Source: Cyanophora paradoxa CCMP329 (taxonomy: Eukaryota > Plantae > Glaucophyta). Taken from it: DNA of 64,000 nucleotides. The first letter of the stretch is position 1; each line of letters begins with the position of its first letter. Shown here piece by piece: positions 59,120-64,000 of the stretch. The stretch spans positions 25,075 through 89,074 of the forward strand of contig QPMI01000561.1 in NCBI GenBank assembly GCA_004431415.1. The letters are read 5' to 3'. The position numbers and the translations under genes are program-made. Below the pieces are notes generated by a model. It was not told the origin of the DNA. It was given only the letters and a program-made list of their open reading frames with translations, and did not search any database.

Positions 59120-59270
59120 GATACTTGAGAAAAAGCGTCTCAGTATGCTACTGAGGCAGCTATTAAAGTTTACAGACAGGAACTGGTGTTCGCAACAAAA
59201 AATGACTTAAAGAAAAAGTAGATAGGTTGTATTGAGGAAAAATTATTTTCGTATCTACTATTAAAGAGAA

Positions 59271-59597
59271 ATGCCGAATATCCGCAAGATACTCACAGAT
59301 GATGAAAAAGCAGAGAAGCTGAGACTGAAAAGGGAGCAAGATGCCCAAAGAAAACGCGAAGCCTATCATAAAAAGAAGGAGGAACGATTATCCCAAGGAG
59401 CCGCTACAGTTCACACACCAGAAGAACTCAAAAAGATTGCCCTCAGACACCAGAGGAAATACAGGGAAAATGAAGAATATCGCGAACAGAAAAGGCGAAA
59501 GCGCTGGAATACTACCACAAGAAAAAAGACGAACTACCCAAGACAACCAAAGAGCATAAACCGGTTGGAAGACCTCGGAAATATATCGAAGAATAAA
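59271..59597 (+). CDS. Basic AT-hook protein, paralogue of the upstream ORF (frameshift ~59495)
   Basis: RKYRENEEYREQK, then in an alternate frame KALEYYHKKK...KPVGRPRKYIEE*. Confidence 0.6.
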
Positions 59598-59813
59598 TTC
59601 TCGATCGAAACAAATTTTGTAGAAATCGATTTGATCGGAGGCAAAAAAATGACAGCTTTCTTCCCTCTTTTTTAAAACTGTACCTATATATCGAGACAGT
59701 ATCCCGACCCAAAACTACTTAAGGACTTGGCAAATAATAGGATATATATAAAAGACAATTCCTCCTTCCGAAATTATTTTCTTCGTTAAAGGTAGAAGTC
59801 CCCAAAATCGAAA

Positions 59814-62404
59814 ATGAACAAAATCGAGAAATTCGCCACCCTGTTGAAAATGCTACATTCCTTAGTACTCTCATTGGTGATCGCAACAAGGTCACCATGT
59901 ATTTGATTCTGCTGAAGATGCCCTTGAAGCCATTGATAATAGCAAGGTTAAGACCTGGGCTGAATGCATTCAGCCTGAACAAGTCACCAGAGTTTACCTG
60001 GACCTGGATAAATTCGCTGATTTGAAGGAGAACATTGCTGAAAACTATGCTGAGGCTGAAACTGTTGTAAGAGAGATGAGAGATAAGCTATGGAAGCGAT
60101 CTGGGACCACTTCGATTAACGATATTGCTGTTGCAGTTCGCCATAGAAGGGTTTATTTGATCAAGGAGGATGTCACCAAGTTCAAGATCTCAGCCCACTT
60201 TATCATTAAATCGCTTGCATGCAAACATGAAGATATCCCCAAGCTTTTCAAAGCTATGGGATTGGTGAAAAATGAGGATTATGACAGTGGAGTTTACAGC
60301 TCCATACAGAACCTTATCTGCCTCAATTGCTGCAAAGGTGAGACTCTGGATGCTCAAAATAAATCAAAGAAAGATGTTGATAAAAACGTTTGCTTTAAGA
60401 AATTCGTTGACTGTGACAAAGTGTTAATGCGAAATGAGGACTTCTTTGTATCTTTCTTCTCAGCTTCTACTAAACTTGTGGATGAATCGAATATTTCTGC
60501 ATTCGCAAATTATAGCCCTGAGCCAAAACCAGTTAAAAAGGAGCCAAAAAGTGATAAAGTGAAGACTGAGAAGGTAGAAGCTGAAAAAGACACTGAACCC
60601 GAAAATCCTGTTACTTTCGAACTGCTACAAAGTGTTATAATGGGTCTGAATGGTGAGAGAGCTAATGAGTATAAAACTTGGATTGATGTAGGACTGGTCA
60701 TCATCAATGTTGGGGAAGACAACAAGTTCACCCCTAAAATGCAAGCTGAACTCTTCCACCAATTCTCAGAACAGAGTGACAAGTATGATTATGATGAATG
60801 CCAGGAGAAGTTTACACAGCTTCGCAGAAGCAAGAAGAAGGCTGAGCCTGGCAAAGTGTTGACCTTCAAATCCTTGGTTTATTGGTTGAGCAAAGATAAC
60901 AATGAGCTTTTCAAGGAACTCTTCCCCAAAAAGTATGCATTCCTACCAGAGGACACAGATGAAATCGATTACAAGACTGCAAGTATCCCTCCTTTGGCTG
61001 AACATTACAATGTGCATAAGAGGTATTTCAATGCTCGAATGCATCATGTTGAAAATGTTGGTTGTGTGATGCTCTGGGATGAACAACTACTTTGCTGGAT
61101 GCCCAAAGATATTGGGAAGCTCTCTACAAAGCATTTCCCCATTTGATGCATAAGGTGATTGTCAATGAGGGAACAGATAATGAGAAAGAGAAATGGGAGC
61201 AATCATTTAGGAAATGGATTGTGGATCCAACAGCCACAAGATCAACTTACATGGATTTCCTTCCCCCTCCTGCTACTCTCAGTGCAAAATGCAAGTCTGT
61301 ATTTAATCTCTATCCAGGAATGAAGGTCGACCATCAGCAATTCGAAAATGCTCCAGAGGATGTAACTGCTGAGATGATTAAGCCTTTTCTAGATCACTTG
61401 TTCTTAATGTCTGGTGAGGATCAAAATACCTATGAATATCTGTTGAAATGGTTTGCCCACATGCTGCAAAAGCCTGGGGAACTCAATGGAGTATCCTTAA
61501 TCTTCATTGGTGAGCAGGGAACTGGTAAAAATGTGTTGGTTGATACTTTCCAAAAGAAGATACTTGGAGATGCCCTAAGTTATGCAACTGGAAAGCCAAA
61601 AGAGGATCTGTTTGGTCGATTTGCCCACAATAGAGAGGATAAGATCTTGATTGTTGTGAATGAAGCCTCAGGCAAGGACACATTCGAAAATAATGATATG
61701 CTCAAAGATCTCATTACTTCTGATAAGATTGTTATTGAACACAAAGGGATAGATTCATACACAAAAAGCAACTTTGCCAGGATTATATTTACCAGCAATA
61801 ATAACATTCCAGTGAAAATTGAAGCTGGAGATAGGCGATTTGTGGTTGTTGAAGTTAGTAAGAAATTCGCAAAGGATAGGTCATACTTCCTTCCACTTGT
61901 AAAATGGCTAAATGATCACTGCAATATTCGAAACATTGCCCACTATTTGAGAACCAAAGTTGACTGTGAGGATGTGAACTGGATTGCTGATAGACCCCTT
62001 ACAAATAAATACTATTTAGCCCAGCAGGTATGCGCCCCAATCATTCTTATGTTCACTAAGTGGCTTGTGGATCGAGGCTTAATTTCCGAGAATAAATGCA
62101 AGTCTGGTAGCCTTGTGGAAACCTGGAAGTGGTTCCAGGAGTTTATTACCAGCAACAAATATAAAACGATTATAATAGTCGCAGATATTATACAGAAATG
62201 CGAAGTGTGACATATATCCAAGTGAAAACTACAAATGGCAAACAATACTATCATTTCTTGTTCCCACAAGTATTTGAGGAATTCAGAAAGATGAAACTTG
62301 TAGATGATGAGACTATTGAGGAAGAAGCTAATCCAAGGATGAAACAAGACCTACCTGCTGCTGATCCTGATGCATCAGATTATGATTCAGATGTTGAAGT
62401 TTAA
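59814..62404 (+). CDS. AEP primase - PriCT-2 - SF3/D5-like helicase (start uncertain, frameshifted)
   Basis: VYLDLD, KISAHFII, DSGVY; PriCT-2 YKTWIDVG...FSEQSDKY; GEQGTGKN, IVVNEA, IIFTSNN, DRRF. Confidence 0.88.
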
Positions 62405-62490
62405 GTTTAGTCAAAGGTGGACTCACAGTTGATTCAAATTTATCATAAAAGACCCAAACAGTCTTTTATTTACGGTTTATTTATCGATTA

Positions 62491-62596
62491 GGTTGACTAA
62501 GTGGGGGGAGTTGACTCATTTTTTCACAGATTCTAAAAAAGGACTCTGCCCTAAAAAGAAATAAAAAGTGCCTCAACTCCACCCACTAAGTCAACC
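62491..62596. promoter_or_regulatory. Long-spacer inverted repeat, copy 2
   Basis: 25-bp arm identical to 42387-42411; the right arm TCAACTCCACCCACTAAGTCAACC is 22/24 complementary. Confidence 0.6.
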
Positions 62597-62647
62597 AAAA
62601 AATGATTTAAGAGATAGAAAAATATATTTATATGTAAGTAGTAAGAA

Positions 62648-63007
62648 ATGGCTGGAACAGATCATGATTCTGGATCGATCTATATGATTGAGAGTCAGGA
62701 AATGAACAAAGTCTACATAGGAAGAACCTCACAGCCACTTCAAAAAAGATGGAGACAACACAAATCAGGTCAAATGCCATCTACAGCAGACCTATGCAAG
62801 GCTTCTGATGTGAAGTTCTCAGTCCTGTATTCAAGTAAGAAGGGTGGGCATGAAGACCTAATGAACAGAGAAGCATATTACATGTATCTCTTTGAACCTT
62901 GGATAGTCAATTTACAAAAACCGAAATCCCGATTTAGGATTAATAGGTTTTTGCGATTCCATTCAGAGGAAGCCAGTGGATCCATTAAACATTTAAATTG
63001 CGTTTAG
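62648..63007 (+). CDS. GIY-YIG endonuclease
   Basis: GSIYMI...KVYIGRT...LQKRWRQHK...REAYY. Confidence 0.85.
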   Translation: MAGTDHDSGSIYMIESQEMNKVYIGRTSQPLQKRWRQHKSGQMPSTADLCKASDVKFSVLYSSKKGGHEDLMNREAYYMYLFEPWIVNLQKPKSRFRINRFLRFHSEEASGSIKHLNCV

Positions 63008-63055
63008 AACATCCTAAAATAAAATATCCCTTAGAATAGGAACAAGTTAGGAATA

Positions 63056-64000
63056 ATGCCCCGAATTACCAACAAACTCATAAGGAGAAGAAATGGGAAC
63101 TCATGGGATTGCTGGGAACACTTTATGCAGCCCATGAAATTACAGAGGCTGAATATGACCGGGAAATAGATTTAATTGCAAAGGGCAGACCCACTTTAAG
63201 CAGATTAACCAGAAAAGCAAATAACCTATATGATAAAATTGAAACTTGGATGAATTGGATAGGCTTAGGCAAATAGAACCAGATGCAGAAGATGGAACAG
63301 CCATGAATGAATTATATCGCTGGCTCACTTACAGAGCCAGAAGGGAAGTTGTTGTAGATGTGATTGAATTCCTGGATAGAATTGCTACATCCTTCCAAAT
63401 CGATTAAAGCAGGGTTTAGATCAATTCAGGGCAATCAAGGTTCGCTTGTCTTTTATCTGCAAGTTCGTTAAAGTGAGCAATCCACAGGTTTGGATATCGA
63501 AATACATTTACAGTGATTACTTTGTATTAACCAGGTCGAGAAATATTCGAACTGAGCTGAATAAAGCAGCCCAAATGTGTCAGGAGCAGATGAATGTGGT
63601 TGATAGCTATCGCTTAGAAAGAATTGAAAATACTCAGAGTGGCTATTATGAGTTATGCTCCAACTGGTGGATGCTTTCTACAAACCCCAGAGTGGATTGC
63701 TAGGAAGAGAGCCACAGTAAATATTCGAAATATTGATGATTCCTGCTTCGAAAATGCAATTTTGGCATATATTCACAGAAAAGCGATAAAACTCCCATAA
63801 GAGGAATGAGCTTTCACAATATCGCAAATGGAAATACTCAGCAATCGCTTATAATCCGCTGGCTCTCAATTTCGATAACATCCCATTCCCTGTTGCCTGT
63901 GATGCTGAATAATTGATAAATTCGAGGCTCAAAATGCAGGCATTAGCATTAATATATTCGGAATCGATGGAGAGGTTGTTTATCCCCTGCATCAATCCAG
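63056..64000 (+). CDS. N-terminal part of a protein-primed family B DNA polymerase (Polinton-type), frameshifted and truncated by the window
   Basis: Across frames: NIRNIDDSCFENAILAY, LNFDNIPFPV, IDKFEAQNAGISINIFG...VYP. This matches the N-x-D-x-x-C-F / LNF-x-x-I-x-FPV / KFE-x-QN-x-x-ISIN pattern of Maverick pPolB N-termini; catalytic motifs are not in the window. Confidence 0.7.

Larger units (their letters stand above)
41788..64000. mobile_element. Endogenous Polinton-like virus / Maverick-type element (right end beyond window)
   Basis: Abrupt switch to AT-rich, intronless, densely packed ORFs; MCP, two pentons, A32 ATPase, primase-helicase, GIY-YIG and pPolB N-terminus. Confidence 0.92.

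Noticed and set aside
41788-64000. Bacterial prophage or organellar insert
   Set aside because: Despite phage-like fibres and speD, the core genes are a DJR capsid, pentons and an A32 ATPase; there is no terminase, portal or organellar gene.

Overview
Eukaryotic genomic DNA with three compartments. (1) 1-20.3 kb: very GC-rich, intron-dense host genes with many GC-AG introns: a coiled-coil protein, a degenerate 4-coumarate-CoA-ligase-like gene, a thylakoid-lumen TPM-domain protein (so the host is an alga, probably with a primary plastid), OsmC-like, SYS1, a small complex-I-like membrane protein, hormone-sensitive lipase and legumain. (2) 20.4-41.8 kb: a transposon-rich zone. It holds nested hAT and TA-flanked MITEs, one hAT element apparently split by a ~2.7 kb inversion, and a surface WD40/SEA/PKD-like gene interrupted by a full-length 11.6 kb APE-RT-RNase H LINE with an 18-bp TSD. 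(3) 41,788 to the window end: an AT-rich endogenous Polinton-like virus. It begins with a perfect 28-bp-arm hairpin at the host junction and encodes an MCP, two pentons, an A32 ATPase, an AEP primase-helicase, a GIY-YIG nuclease and the start of a pPolB. Its cargo is unusual: a prokaryotic-type SAM decarboxylase, a tandem cassette of fibre paralogues with a shared N-terminus and swapped phage-like/C1q tips, a giant His-repeat fibre, a patatin-discoidin fusion and two AT-hook proteins. The viral DNA is strongly CpG-depleted except in TCG/CGA contexts. All family assignments are by motif recognition, not database search, and exon boundaries are approximate.
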